64,000 nucleotides of DNA from an uncultured virus (IMG/VR IMGVR_UViG_3300001580_000009) (IMGVR_UViG_3300001580_000009), one strand, 5' to 3'. Positions 29,672 to 40,158 are shown, counted from the first letter of the stretch. Program-made: numbers and translations. The notes: generated from the sequence alone by a model not told the origin.

Positions 29672-30049
29672 TTATTTTTTCTTGTACCCTTTGAAAGGTT
29701 TTAAAGTACTTTTTGTATTTGTACTTTGTAATTCTTCGCTATCCAAATCTCCGTGATTCAGGTCATGGAATACTGCACCAGTAGCTTTATATGCTTTTTC
29801 AAGCATTCTTTGCTCTACTTCTGTATAAGGTGCAGAGATATTGTTTCTTCCGGCCCACGATTCCGCATCAACAACCTCAACGAAATCATCGCCATCATTA
29901 CATGCAGCAGCCATCATGACTCGATTTAATTCATAAATTCTATCTGCAAATTCCTTATCTCGGAATTTGTTGAGTCCTCTAGTGGCGGCAGAACGGCGTT
30001 TACCCACTTTACCGACTTTACTTTCATTTATAAATTCATTTGCTCTCAT
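29672..30049 (-). CDS. hypothetical late protein with capsid-targeting-like N-terminus
   Basis: Starts MRANEFINE-S. Confidence 0.65.
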   Translation of the reverse strand: MRANEFINESKVGKVGKRRSAATRGLNKFRDKEFADRIYELNRVMMAAACNDGDDFVEVVDAESWAGRNNISAPYTEVEQRMLEKAYKATGAVFHDLNHGDLDSEELQSTNTKSTLKPFKGYKKK

Positions 30050-30579
30050 GGGTTTTCCGTCGTAATAGTTTGATTATTTTCAGTACCTAAATAAGTGCCA
30101 GTAGGATATCCATCTAGTTGTAGGGGTACACCTTCTGTAACAGGGCCTGAATATGTTACCTGTGCTTCAATGAAATGAAACAAACTTAAATCATTTAATG
30201 GATTGCACAACAAACGAACATTTCCGTTAGAAACATCCATACTGTAACTCGACAATGCATTACCAAAGAATGTAGTCCCGTATGCAGTAAACTTTACATC
30301 GTCAGCCGTGTTATTAACTTGTGCAGAAATAGTTATAGATTGCGAATCAGGGGTGCCTAAATCTGTAGTTCTAACTTGAAACTTCCCTTGCGTGAATGTG
30401 GCTGCAGGGGTCTCAAAAATGACTGCAGGAGATGCCCCAATAGTATAAGAATTTGCCGTTAATGTGGATGTAGAAAATAATTGTGTGAAATTATTATTAA
30501 TTTTCGCAAACGCAACACGTAACGGATCGCCCTCTCCATCGTTAGGTAACGTGCCTATATTGATGATTTCTTGAGACAT
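30046..30579 (-). CDS. virion structural protein with T4 gp9/gp10-like N-terminal motif
   Basis: INIGTLPNDGEGDPLRVAFAKINNNF; TAAATA upstream. Confidence 0.75.
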   Translation of the reverse strand: MSQEIINIGTLPNDGEGDPLRVAFAKINNNFTQLFSTSTLTANSYTIGASPAVIFETPAATFTQGKFQVRTTDLGTPDSQSITISAQVNNTADDVKFTAYGTTFFGNALSSYSMDVSNGNVRLLCNPLNDLSLFHFIEAQVTYSGPVTEGVPLQLDGYPTGTYLGTENNQTITTENP

Positions 30580-30616
30580 GTTTAGTATTCCAATCTATAT
30601 TGTATTTATCAAAATA

Positions 30617-30883
30617 CTAAGGGTTTGCTTTGTCCGAAATGTCTTTTTGCTTCTTATACCATTCTTGCCATGCATTAACTCTGTCAGCACATTCATGGTA
30701 TTTGGTGTAGTTTTTTACTACTGTCTTAATAAACTCTGACATTGTTACTTCAGGCTTATCTATAGTGTCTAGTTTGGGGCAGATTTCCTGTAGATATTCT
30801 GAGCTATCAGGAAATTTCTGTGCTATAGGGGCTGTCGTAGCACAACCTGACAATAACAAACATAATATGAGTATATTTTTCAT
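30617..30883 (-). CDS. putative o-spanin (Rz1-like lipoprotein)
   Basis: Lipobox LLLSGC, short, extra Cys, downstream of a membrane/coiled-coil gene. Confidence 0.7.
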   Translation of the reverse strand: MKNILILCLLLSGCATTAPIAQKFPDSSEYLQEICPKLDTIDKPEVTMSEFIKTVVKNYTKYHECADRVNAWQEWYKKQKDISDKANP

Positions 30884-31392
30884 TTCTTAGGAAATATTAG
30901 AGGGTTAGCAGCATTATTATGCGCTTTTGTATCGATGATAGAATCTGGCTTCAATATCTCATCTACTGTTTTGTTTTCTGCCGCTGCGTTATGCGCTGCT
31001 ATTACTGGTGCGGGAATAGGGCAAGTCTTGTCATACACTGTTACTTCTCTGTCGATATATTCAACGACTTTTTCACCCTTTTCTTTTATTACCTGTCTTT
31101 TTGTAATGTATTTGGTGACTATTTCTGTATTGACGATTGCTGATTTTTCTCTAGCTTCAGCTAACTTTACCTTCAGTTGAGAAATTTCTAATTCATTTTC
31201 TTTTTTGACCGACAATCCACCTTGCAAATAAATGCCTGCAACTAATAACAGTATCCCTAGTATTTGTGCAGGTAATTGATATTTGTTGATGAATGGGATT
31301 TTGCCCAATAAGAAACCAGCAAATGTAATGACTACACCTGCTAAAGTCAGTGCATGAATTAGATATTCAGTGAAGTGAGATAGTAGCCACAT
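30880..31392 (-). CDS. putative i-spanin (Rz-like)
   Basis: Two N-terminal TM segments, coiled coil, C-terminal Cys. Confidence 0.65.
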   Translation of the reverse strand: MWLLSHFTEYLIHALTLAGVVITFAGFLLGKIPFINKYQLPAQILGILLLVAGIYLQGGLSVKKENELEISQLKVKLAEAREKSAIVNTEIVTKYITKRQVIKEKGEKVVEYIDREVTVYDKTCPIPAPVIAAHNAAAENKTVDEILKPDSIIDTKAHNNAANPLIFPKK

Positions 31393-31398
31393 AGTCTA

Positions 31399-32445
31399 CT
31401 ATTTATTAAAATATTCGTGTACCCTATCCGAAATATACTCTACTTCATTGTCAGTTAACTCTGGGTAAATGGGCAAGCTTAACACACCTCTAAGAAGCAT
31501 TACACTTGTACTCAATAGATCGGGTTTTACGAGATTTTTAGCAATAGGCAAATCACCAAGATTATAGTCATAATGAATTTTTGAATCAATCCCGTCTAAT
31601 ATTAGATTAGAATGAAGTTCATTGCGATCTGGGGTATATAGAACGAATTTTTGATATGCGTGAGGTACGTCAGTGTCTGCTAAACATGTAACAGGCAAAT
31701 CTTTAAAACTTTCACACCAGTATTTTGCTATGTCTTTCCTACGCTGTTGCCATTCATTAATGTACTTTGCTCTTACTAAAATCTGAGCGCAATCCTGCTC
31801 ACTCATCTTAGAATTTGTACCTATTTCATCAAAATAGGGCTTAAAGTTATCCCTGTATCTAGCAGCATACAGATATAAATTATGATCATTCGTGACAATT
31901 GCACCACCATTACCTGATGAGGGTAGATTTTTTGTAGGATCGAAACTGATTGCCATAGCACAACCTACTTGCCCTTCAGCAACTAACCAATGTTGGGCAC
32001 CATCGACAATAATATTTTCAGCATTTTCAATTCTAGCTTGCTGCCACGGTTGCATACCATAAAGACCAACTAGACATATATAGTCAGTTCTTTTCTGGGG
32101 TTTATTGTTCATAGTCATGATACCATATTTGTCAGTATCTACTAATTCAACATCCCATCCAGTATTCATAAATGCGTTCAGTGTTGCAGGATAGGTTATA
32201 TTAGGTATACTTATTAAATGTTTGCCTGCTTTTTTGTACTTAGCAATAATCTCAAGTGCCTGTGTACCTGAATGCACGGTAACCGCGTATTTTGTTTTTG
32301 TTCTATGACGCAGCCATTCTTCAAATGCACGGGTATAATGTCCATTAACTAATTGACCATCTTTCAAGGCACGGTGAGTTGCATCAAGCAACTCATCCTT
32401 TAAATTTTTATATTGCCTTACTAAACCAAAATGAGGTATCTTCAT
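31399..32445 (-). CDS. DegT/DnrJ/EryC1/StrS PLP aminotransferase
   Basis: SGTQAL, DGAQ, SFDPTKNL...GGA. Confidence 0.9.
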   Translation of the reverse strand: MKIPHFGLVRQYKNLKDELLDATHRALKDGQLVNGHYTRAFEEWLRHRTKTKYAVTVHSGTQALEIIAKYKKAGKHLISIPNITYPATLNAFMNTGWDVELVDTDKYGIMTMNNKPQKRTDYICLVGLYGMQPWQQARIENAENIIVDGAQHWLVAEGQVGCAMAISFDPTKNLPSSGNGGAIVTNDHNLYLYAARYRDNFKPYFDEIGTNSKMSEQDCAQILVRAKYINEWQQRRKDIAKYWCESFKDLPVTCLADTDVPHAYQKFVLYTPDRNELHSNLILDGIDSKIHYDYNLGDLPIAKNLVKPDLLSTSVMLLRGVLSLPIYPELTDNEVEYISDRVHEYFNK

Positions 32446-33419
32446 TCAGATAGTTTCTTTTGCCAATATTCAGATGAACTTAGCCAATCATAATACATTT
32501 GAAAGCCTTCTTCCACATCTACTTTGGGATCATAATCAAAGTCATTTCGTGCAGCTTCAATATTCAATGCGCCACGGCTAGGGAAATCACTATCTTTCTC
32601 ACGTACTTCAATCGTACCCTTACCAACAATCTTCACAGCTAATTTTGCTGCATCAAGCAAGCTTCTGCTGTGGCTCTTAGTAATATTATATGTTTTATTG
32701 TTAGTGTTAGGGCTTAAACTCGCTCTAACGATTCCTTCGGCTGCGTCTTCAACGAAGGTGAAGTCGAGGGTTTCGTTGGCTCCATTAACTCTAAGATTAC
32801 CTCCGCGCATTGCTGTGAGCATGAATTTTGCAATAACTCTATCTTCCACATCAAGCGGGCCGTAAACAGCACTAGGGCGAATGATAACATGATCAAAACA
32901 GCCTCTGCGAGTGTAATCTTTAACCAGGTTCTCCCCTGCGAGTTTGAGAATTCCATATTGTCCTTGTGGTCTGCAATTATAATCTTCTTTTACGTCATCT
33001 GTAAAATCTCCGTAAACCATGCTTGAGCTAATGTAAACAAATTTCTTTACATTATGTCGTGCGCTTAGTTCACATAAATTTACAAGCCCTTCGACCATCA
33101 CTCTGCTGCTAGTGATAGGTTCTAATCCAACTACCTTCTGACGAGGGAAGCTAGCCAAATGTATTACTGTGTCAATTCCACCATAAAAATGAAATAACCA
33201 TTTCATGTTCCCTTGATCACAAATGTCATATTTGTACACTTTGGGAGTCTTAATCTTCTTTTTGCGCTCGTTGACTAAGTATGCTAGTTCATCTTGCGGA
33301 ACAGACTTATAATTAGTCTGATTATCTACTACAATGACCTCATGTCCTAGCCTTTCAAGCTTAGACGCAACATGATGACCAATTAGACCTAGACCACCAG
33401 TGACTAAGATTCTACTCAT
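32442..33419 (-). CDS. NAD-dependent epimerase/dehydratase
   Basis: TGGLGLIG, SSSMVYG, YGILK. Confidence 0.92.
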   Translation of the reverse strand: MSRILVTGGLGLIGHHVASKLERLGHEVIVVDNQTNYKSVPQDELAYLVNERKKKIKTPKVYKYDICDQGNMKWLFHFYGGIDTVIHLASFPRQKVVGLEPITSSRVMVEGLVNLCELSARHNVKKFVYISSSMVYGDFTDDVKEDYNCRPQGQYGILKLAGENLVKDYTRRGCFDHVIIRPSAVYGPLDVEDRVIAKFMLTAMRGGNLRVNGANETLDFTFVEDAAEGIVRASLSPNTNNKTYNITKSHSRSLLDAAKLAVKIVGKGTIEVREKDSDFPSRGALNIEAARNDFDYDPKVDVEEGFQMYYDWLSSSEYWQKKLSE

Positions 33420-33657
33420 ACTTTAATTTCCAATATGTATAATTTTCAGGGGTGAATGTCGCTTGAATAATATATTCAAACCCAAATATATTTGGGTCTA
33501 ACATACGATGCCAAGTAGGTCTATCGACAGAATTATTCATTACCCATTGACCCTTTTCGCTTTTTTCCCAATTGATCATGGGTTCGGCAGCGATTAAATC
33601 AGGGTCTTCTGAATCTAATAATGAAAATCTATGTACGATAACCTTAACTGTTTTCAT
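33412..33657 (-). CDS. small hypothetical protein
   Basis: Ends TYWKLKYE. Confidence 0.65.
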   Translation of the reverse strand: MKTVKVIVHRFSLLDSEDPDLIAAEPMINWEKSEKGQWVMNNSVDRPTWHRMLDPNIFGFEYIIQATFTPENYTYWKLKYE

Positions 33658-34577
33658 ACTGCCATTACAGCCTTAATAGGACCATGACTTTGATAGTTCA
33701 CTAATTCTATATCATTCATTGTGAACTTGTCAATGTTTACAATATCCTTATTCAGTTGTAATGTAGGTAATGGGAATTCTTCCCTAGTCAATTGTTCTTT
33801 AACTTGCTCAATATGGTCTTTATAGATATGGGTATCACCAGTGCTAATTACAAGTTCGCCCACACCATAATCACATACTTGAGCAATCATATGAGTAAAC
33901 AATGAGTAGCTAGCAATATTGAATGGTAAACCCAAAAAAACATCCACTGATCTTTGGTACATATGGCAGCTTAGTTCTTTGTTTTTATTTACATAGAACT
34001 GTGCCATCATATGACAGGGCGGCAGTGCCATTTGATCTAATTCGCCCGGATTCCAAGCAGTAATGATATGACGACGACCATTAGGATCGTTCTTCAACCC
34101 ATTAATGAGATTTTTTAACTGATCCGTTTCCTTTTCATGGAAGTAACTTTGACGGTTGTATTGGCTACCGAACGAATCCTTGTACGTTTCTTGTGCGTGT
34201 TCAATGGGCGTTTTCCAGTGCCGCCACTGTACCCCGTAGACTCTGCCCAAGTCACCTTCGAACTTAGCCTTAGGCTTCCAGTAAGGCGCGAGGGCGTTCG
34301 GCGTCCAGATCGTAACTTTACCCTCACGGGATCCATGGGTGAGTTCTGCCAATCTACGTTCATCGGATGATCCTTCTAAAAACCACAACAACTCCCCGAC
34401 TACTGCCCTCCAAGCTAATTTTTTAGTAGTAATAGCCGGAAATCCGTGCCGCAAGTCAAACCGAAGTTGCCTACCAAATACTGACAGTGTTCCTGTTCCA
34501 GTACGATCTCCTTTTTCTTCCCCATTTTCTAAAATATCTACGAGTAGATTATGGTATTGTTTCATATATTCTTTCAT
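33654..34577 (-). CDS. thyA: thymidylate synthase
   Basis: [35 protein letters not shown]. Confidence 0.97.
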   Translation of the reverse strand: MKEYMKQYHNLLVDILENGEEKGDRTGTGTLSVFGRQLRFDLRHGFPAITTKKLAWRAVVGELLWFLEGSSDERRLAELTHGSREGKVTIWTPNALAPYWKPKAKFEGDLGRVYGVQWRHWKTPIEHAQETYKDSFGSQYNRQSYFHEKETDQLKNLINGLKNDPNGRRHIITAWNPGELDQMALPPCHMMAQFYVNKNKELSCHMYQRSVDVFLGLPFNIASYSLFTHMIAQVCDYGVGELVISTGDTHIYKDHIEQVKEQLTREEFPLPTLQLNKDIVNIDKFTMNDIELVNYQSHGPIKAVMAV

Positions 34578-35230
34578 TTAGTCCAGCGCAAAAAGTTTCC
34601 GAGATTCATTTCTTTTCTATCAGAAATTCTGCAGACGGTCTTCATCTGTGGTTTACCCTTCATCGGTGATTGTTTACCTTTTTGTGATTTTGATTTTTCT
34701 TTTGCGAGTATAGCATACTTATCGGGATTGTCAAGTCTGTCACAGTATTGTCGGAAATTAGGCATGTCCATTTCTTTCTTATCAGATAATCTACATACCG
34801 TCTTTGCTTTCTTTACTCCCAATTGTCTTTTTGTAGTCCATGGGTTTTTTCTACCCTTCAGAGCCTTGGAAACATTATTTCCATGACCATTGCATTTTTT
34901 CTTGCGTTGTTTTTGTTTATGATCTTCGGATTTAGGTCCGTGGGCACCATCTCCTCCGTCAGTGCGATTCATTAGAATTCCTGTTCCCAAATCTTTTCTA
35001 CCATACCACCGAATAAGACGGCGTTCTAACGCTAACGATCCTGTTAATGTTAACCGGTGTTCTATTATTACTATTTTGGTAGGATCGTCAGGTACACTAA
35101 CAGCATGGTCCTTTGACCATGCTCTTTTGCGTTGCCCTTTGCCTATATAATATGGTGTATTGTTTGACTGACGCAAATAAGCGTAAACATAGAATCCAGT
35201 AGGCGGATTTGATTTTGAATAAATACTCAT
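34574..35230 (-). CDS. GIY-YIG homing endonuclease between DHFR and thyA
   Basis: FYVYAYLR...PYYIGKG...NRTDGGDG; duplicated KTVCR(L/I)SD-KEM. Confidence 0.9.
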   Translation of the reverse strand: MSIYSKSNPPTGFYVYAYLRQSNNTPYYIGKGQRKRAWSKDHAVSVPDDPTKIVIIEHRLTLTGSLALERRLIRWYGRKDLGTGILMNRTDGGDGAHGPKSEDHKQKQRKKKCNGHGNNVSKALKGRKNPWTTKRQLGVKKAKTVCRLSDKKEMDMPNFRQYCDRLDNPDKYAILAKEKSKSQKGKQSPMKGKPQMKTVCRISDRKEMNLGNFLRWTK

Positions 35231-35296
35231 GCTGGTGCTCCGTAATAGCATTAGAGTAGTTGGGGAGTGGACGCCCGCGAACTACACTATTATTTA
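35220..35296 (+). ncRNA. endonuclease-associated structured element, copy 5
   Basis: CTGGTGCT ccgtaat AGCATTAG-A-GTAGTT-G-GGG agtggacg CCC-GCG-AACTAC, between TAAATA/TATTTA boxes. Confidence 0.65.
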
Positions 35297-35368
35297 TCAC
35301 CGAACACACTTCAAAGCTGTATATAAGTTGAAGACAATCAACAGTATTGTTAATATTTCAACTGTCAC
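35297..35368 (-). CDS. possible 23-aa hydrophobic mini-ORF
   Basis: GTG overlapping the DHFR stop, GGAG upstream; MTVEILTILLIVFNLYTALKCVR*. Confidence 0.3.
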   Translation of the reverse strand: MTVEILTILLIVFNLYTALKCVR

Positions 35369-35820
35369 CTACGTCTCCAAATTTCGTAATCATGATCTGT
35401 GTGCCGTTCTTTAAAGTGGCACATAAATTCTTGCTCTAATTTTACTAAATCGATAAACGTATCGCAAGTATATTCGGCTAGGGTGCGGGTAAGATGTATT
35501 TCTTTGATTTGATACCAACATGTCTCAATTAGTTTAGCACCGCCAATTAGCCAAACGTTTTGTAGTTTGTACAATTCTTTTAGCTCATTGATACAGACTG
35601 CACCTTTGGGCGGCAAGAAAAGTCTATTCGTAACAATGTAATTTGTTCTTTTGGGTAAGGGTTTAATAGGTAAACTGTCCCACGTATTTCTACCCATAGC
35701 CACAACTTGGCCTGATGTTAATTGTTTGAATCTAGGCAAATCACCCTGGATATTGTCCCAGGGTAATTTATTGTTGTAGCCTATTCCCCCGTTAGGATCA
35801 CAAGCAACGATTAATTTCAT
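35365..35820 (-). CDS. folA: dihydrofolate reductase
   Basis: IG..NKLPW, D..RFK, MGRNTWDSL, PLPKRTN, IGGA. Confidence 0.95.
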   Translation of the reverse strand: MKLIVACDPNGGIGYNNKLPWDNIQGDLPRFKQLTSGQVVAMGRNTWDSLPIKPLPKRTNYIVTNRLFLPPKGAVCINELKELYKLQNVWLIGGAKLIETCWYQIKEIHLTRTLAEYTCDTFIDLVKLEQEFMCHFKERHTDHDYEIWRRR

Positions 35821-35827
35821 ATAGAGG

Positions 35828-36124
35828 TTATAGGTTCTTTAATAATCTATCAGTAGTAGGTTGTACCGTATCAGCAATATTTTGAACATTCAAAATAAAT
35901 TCAACACTAACAATTTTGTCATCCAACTCATGTAGTTTTCTACCTACTGCCTCTTCTACTTGTTCGGGGTCTAATCCTTGTTCTAAGAACTTTTGAATGT
36001 TGATTGTTTGTTGCTTCTTTCCCTGTAGTCTAAGAACTAACTTCTTAATAAATTGTACGGGGATTTTCTGCTTTTCAACATCTTCGAGGATATGCTCCCA
36101 CTTAGCGATGAATTCAGGTGACAT
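35828..36124 (-). CDS. hypothetical protein
   Basis: Operon-packed ORF. Confidence 0.7.
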   Translation of the reverse strand: MSPEFIAKWEHILEDVEKQKIPVQFIKKLVLRLQGKKQQTINIQKFLEQGLDPEQVEEAVGRKLHELDDKIVSVEFILNVQNIADTVQPTTDRLLKNL

Positions 36125-36821
36125 TTACTTTCTTAGCTCTAGTAGTCTTTGCTTTTGGTGTTGCTTCAGCAACTGGTGCCTTTTTAACTTTGGGAGCCTT
36201 CATTGCGGCAGGTTTTACAGGATCTAGACTAGCCGCCTCCTGGAGTAGACGATCAGCTTCTGCCATTAGACCTTTAGCCTCGCGAGCCATTTTTTCCGCC
36301 TGTTGACGTAAATTGTTTGCTAGTTGATTGTCCCCCAATAGGTCGTTAGTTGAGGGTGTAACTGGCGCCTGTTTTGTCGCTTCGCCGCGCATACGACGAG
36401 CAACATCAGCAGGATCCTGTAGACCAGTACTCTTATCCATTTCAGCAAGACGCTTTACAGCCTGCTCTCCCTGCTTCATTTCATCTAGAATCTTGTTTAG
36501 TTCACTAAGCTTGATTCTTGTATTTGGTTGTGGGGTCATCACAATCATTTCAGTTTGAATTTTCTTGAGTTGACCTTCCATGTGTAGGACCTGCAATATG
36601 GGTCTACCATCTTTGGTGTACGTGCGATTTAATGCGTCGGCTAGGCTCTCGCTATTCTGACCAATGTCACTCTCGATACATTGGATGAGGGGGTCATGAA
36701 TATGCTGGTTCAATGTCTCGGTATACGCTACCAAGCACATATGAGGTTCGCCGGGCACTTCACGAAAAATTACTGCTACTTTTCGGTCTCCGTGCTTACC
36801 GACATGTCTGATAAAACTCAT
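36114..36821 (-). CDS. hypothetical protein
   Basis: 235 aa with a strong AAGGAG RBS. Confidence 0.75.
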   Translation of the reverse strand: MSFIRHVGKHGDRKVAVIFREVPGEPHMCLVAYTETLNQHIHDPLIQCIESDIGQNSESLADALNRTYTKDGRPILQVLHMEGQLKKIQTEMIVMTPQPNTRIKLSELNKILDEMKQGEQAVKRLAEMDKSTGLQDPADVARRMRGEATKQAPVTPSTNDLLGDNQLANNLRQQAEKMAREAKGLMAEADRLLQEAASLDPVKPAAMKAPKVKKAPVAEATPKAKTTRAKKVNVT

Positions 36822-36879
36822 ATTGCGTTCTCCTTGTTTTATGAATTATTTAATACGCAATATACAGAATAAAAAATAT

Positions 36880-37116
36880 TTAAGACCAGGTTAATTCGTA
36901 ATAAACTGCCTCTTTAGGATCTTCAAATGCAGGTACTAATTGGGGGAACATTTCTTCCCCCGTTTTATACAGAATAAAATATCTACCTGTTAGGTTTTCT
37001 TCGATCCAACGTTCGGCATCAGAGTGCATAACGGTACGTGCAATGATGAAATGTTTAGGCAACACCCCTTCTATTTTTCTAGCATTGTACCATGTGTAAA
37101 CATTAATATCTGGCAT
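36880..37116 (-). CDS. small protein, x-L-x-W-S family
   Basis: WIEENL..R, ends DPKEAVYYELTWS. Confidence 0.65.
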   Translation of the reverse strand: MPDINVYTWYNARKIEGVLPKHFIIARTVMHSDAERWIEENLTGRYFILYKTGEEMFPQLVPAFEDPKEAVYYELTWS

Positions 37117-37460
37117 TAAACAATCACCCTATCTTGCATTAGTCTATTACTATATAGCTTCATACCCTTCTCTCGTATCGTATCTACCATAGTTTGAGGG
37201 CACTCGGAGAACAGTTCACGAATCGCTTCTTCATCTATGTCTTCAGCTTCAAACACGTAGATTTCATAGTTGCGATGGGAGTTGGCAGTAGCCCGTAAGA
37301 TCAAAACTTTGAGGGAAGGCAACTGGTATTTAGATTGTTCTTCAGTTAACTTAGACCACATCATTTCCTGTTCCCATTTAGTAATGTTGCCTAGATATTC
37401 TAGTCCATACATATCCCACATTACAAGGAACTTAGTTATTTTCTTTTCGTTTGAGGGCAT
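37116..37460 (-). CDS. hypothetical protein
   Basis: WDMYGLE...N.HRNYEIY. Confidence 0.7.
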   Translation of the reverse strand: MPSNEKKITKFLVMWDMYGLEYLGNITKWEQEMMWSKLTEEQSKYQLPSLKVLILRATANSHRNYEIYVFEAEDIDEEAIRELFSECPQTMVDTIREKGMKLYSNRLMQDRVIV

Positions 37461-37689
37461 ATAACATCTCCAACTTTGTCAGAGCATCATTCAGTGTAGG
37501 ATCAGTGTCCGCCATAAAAACGGCTTCTTTAAGCTTTGCCCATCTTTCTGTTAGCTCTTGTTCTTTTTTCCAAGCAGGATCTACTGAATGTAATTGGCGG
37601 GCGGTCTCGCCCATTTTACGGGCGTAGACCGTTTTCCCTCCGTCAGGAGATTCGTAGATTATAATCTCCTCAGTTTTACTTATGATCAT
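37432..37689 (-). CDS. hypothetical phage protein
   Basis: IYESPDGGKTVYAR motif. Confidence 0.7.
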   Translation of the reverse strand: MIISKTEEIIIYESPDGGKTVYARKMGETARQLHSVDPAWKKEQELTERWAKLKEAVFMADTDPTLNDALTKLEMLYALKRKENN

Positions 37690-38965
37690 TGTACAGTGCG
37701 AATGTTCCAAACGGGGGATTCGGATTGGGGTCTCCGTGAATGACCCACGTAGTATCGCAGTAGTCAGGATCGCCCCAAGAACCGCAAGGGTAGCCGTCAG
37801 TGAAGACGATCAGCCGCTTGGGCACATTGCCGATTTCCTTCAAGTAGTTGAAGATAGCATCAAAGTCAGTGCCACCGCCGCCTTGAGGATCGTAGTTGTC
37901 AATCGTATCGAGGTTCTCACTAGTGAAGTCTTGAGGGTTGTAGATTTCAGTATCAAAACAGAATACATGAACCTTGTAACCATCAAAAGCATCCATCATA
38001 CCAGAGATTTCACCCAAGAAAGCTTGCGCTTGTTGGTTGGAGATAGAACCTGACATATCGATAGCAACCACAACGTCGATTTCTTCCCCGGGAGTCATAC
38101 CGGGCATGACCGCATCCATGTGCCAACTGCGACGAGAAGGACGCATCCAAGAGAAGTCGGTACGAATAGCACTGGTCAAGTTAGTCTGAATCAGTTCGCG
38201 CCAGGGCATAACTGGGTCAGTCATTTGCTTGATCAGGCGTTCAATACCAAGAGGTACAGTGCCTGCCTCAGCCGTTTGAGCCGCATTGAGTACAGCCTGC
38301 TTGATTTCTTGACGGACACGTTCACGTTCTTCGTCAGACATTTTGGGGCGCTTACCCTTGCCCTCTTTGTCACCGTCACCATCCTCATCTCCATCGTCGC
38401 CCTCACCATCCATGTGATCATCGATCATTTGATCTACGAGGTCATCGATGGAAATCTTCTTAACATTCTGCATCAGGTCGTCATAGACTTCCTCAGCACT
38501 CTTGCCATCGTATTTTTGTTCGTACAGGCAAGGAACAGTGGTGATGAATTGACCTACCTTGTGGCGCTTGAGGTCAGCGTTGACAACGTAGTCATCGGCG
38601 ATATTCCAGAGTTGAGGATCACGGGTACCACGACGACCCATATGGTCGTAGACAACGTGAAGAACCTCGTGACCAACCAAAAACTCAACCTCTTTGGGCT
38701 TGAGTTTCATAATGAAACGACTATTGTAGTAGAACTTGAGACCATCAGTTGCTGCCGTAGAACACCATTCGTCGGCGTTTACCAGGGTTAGACGGGTCGC
38801 AAGATTACCAAAGAAAGAGTGCCGAAGCAGAAGACCGATACGGGCAGTCACCAGACGTTCACGAGCCTGGTGATCGATTGCCGGATCAGTCGGTCCGACC
38901 AGATTTTCAAAGTCCTTGCTGCGGCGCTTTTTGCTAGTCTTCTTCGGGGAAATAACGTCACTCAT
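37676..38965 (-). CDS. metallopeptidase-like plus VWA domain protein (DUF2201-type)
   Basis: TAATDG, HEVLH, MIDAS DMSGS, GGGGTDF, FTDG. Confidence 0.9.
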   Translation of the reverse strand: MSDVISPKKTSKKRRSKDFENLVGPTDPAIDHQARERLVTARIGLLLRHSFFGNLATRLTLVNADEWCSTAATDGLKFYYNSRFIMKLKPKEVEFLVGHEVLHVVYDHMGRRGTRDPQLWNIADDYVVNADLKRHKVGQFITTVPCLYEQKYDGKSAEEVYDDLMQNVKKISIDDLVDQMIDDHMDGEGDDGDEDGDGDKEGKGKRPKMSDEERERVRQEIKQAVLNAAQTAEAGTVPLGIERLIKQMTDPVMPWRELIQTNLTSAIRTDFSWMRPSRRSWHMDAVMPGMTPGEEIDVVVAIDMSGSISNQQAQAFLGEISGMMDAFDGYKVHVFCFDTEIYNPQDFTSENLDTIDNYDPQGGGGTDFDAIFNYLKEIGNVPKRLIVFTDGYPCGSWGDPDYCDTTWVIHGDPNPNPPFGTFALYNDHK

Positions 38966-38994
38966 ATCGAAATCCTTTTCTACTGTATAGAAGA

Positions 38995-39023
38995 ATTATA
39001 GCAGGTCTTGGAATTATTGTCAA
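38995..39023 (-). promoter_or_regulatory. sigma70-type early promoter
   Basis: TTGACA-ATAATTCCAAGACCTGC-TATAAT. Confidence 0.9.
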
Positions 39024-39029
39024 AAAAAT

Positions 39030-39051
39030 AACGGGAGATTTCTCTCCCGTT
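39030..39051 (-). terminator. intrinsic terminator
   Basis: AACGGGAGA-GAAA-TCTCCCGTT then T-run. Confidence 0.8.
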
Positions 39052-39063
39052 GTTAGCAGACTA

Positions 39064-40158
39064 TCAACCTGCTTCCACGATGTACTTGCCGTACTTCTTA
39101 TGGAAAGTGTCGAAGTTCTTCAGTTGACTGGGCTCGATCGGCAGACGATAGGTCTTGAGTGCGATCTTNGCGCCCATNACNACCAGTTCAGTCTCAAAGT
39201 TTGCCATGATGTAGCTGAAGAANTTATCAGCCATTTCATGGAANTGCTTGCTGTTGACTCGCTTGTTNTCCAGAGCGTCCTTCAGTTCGTAGCACATAGA
39301 AATCGTCAGGGAGTACATNGCCGAGATTTCCTTGACCTGCAGATCCTTGACCTTACCCGANAGAATGTCAGTCGGNTCGGGCATCTTNCCAGCNATCTTN
39401 CGGTGAGCCATGAACTTGACAGCCAGACCTTCACCAACTGCACCTGCTACCAGGTTGTACAGGGTATCGTAGTCAACATCCTCGTCCTTGAGCAGGTCAC
39501 TAACGAAAACCCAAGAACGGGGCGTAGCAAAAGCACGGCTAGAGGACTTACTGTTGAAGTCATAGATATCCTGCTTGGCGAACGACAGATAACCAACCAC
39601 GTCCTTGTGGATACCTTTGGTCACTGCCCAGTTCTGCCACGAAGTAAAGTCGGGGCGCATTTCAAGGTGAATGAAACGATTCGCCAGGGGCATCGGCATG
39701 CGGAACGTCACGCCCTTGTCACTGTCGCGGTTACCTGCTGCAACGATAACCACGTTATCGGGCAGAGTGTACTTACCGACTCGGCGGTTAAGAATCAGTT
39801 GATAACCTGCAGCCTGAACAGCGGGTGGGGCAGAGTTCATTTCATCGAGGAACAGAACCACGATCGGGTACTGAGCCGCGAAGTCTTCGTCGGGCAGATC
39901 AACGGGCGGGGCCCAGTCCATCTTGCCGAGGTCCTTGTTGAAGAACGGGATACCGCGAATGTCAGTCGGCTCCATCTGCGCCATACGCAGGTCAATCATC
40001 GCACCGCCGAGTTCGTCGGCGATTTCAGACACGACCTCAGACTTACCGATTCCCGGGGGACCCCACAGAAATACGGGGCGCTTAGATTGAAACGCCTTGA
40101 GGATCGCCTTGCGGGCTTGAACGGAAGTGATAGTGAGGTTGTCAGAAACTTGAGACAT
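39064..40158 (-). CDS. MoxR-like AAA+ ATPase
   Basis: GPPGIGKS, LFLDEMN, AAGN, NRF, TPRSW; paired with the VWA gene. Confidence 0.9.
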   Translation of the reverse strand: MSQVSDNLTITSVQARKAILKAFQSKRPVFLWGPPGIGKSEVVSEIADELGGAMIDLRMAQMEPTDIRGIPFFNKDLGKMDWAPPVDLPDEDFAAQYPIVVLFLDEMNSAPPAVQAAGYQLILNRRVGKYTLPDNVVIVAAGNRDSDKGVTFRMPMPLANRFIHLEMRPDFTSWQNWAVTKGIHKDVVGYLSFAKQDIYDFNSKSSSRAFATPRSWVFVSDLLKDEDVDYDTLYNLVAGAVGEGLAVKFMAHXKXAXKMPXPTDIXSGKVKDLQVKEISXMYSLTISMCYELKDALXNKRVNSKXFHEMADXFFSYIMANFETELXXMGXKIALKTYRLPIEPSQLKNFDTFHKKYGKYIVEAG

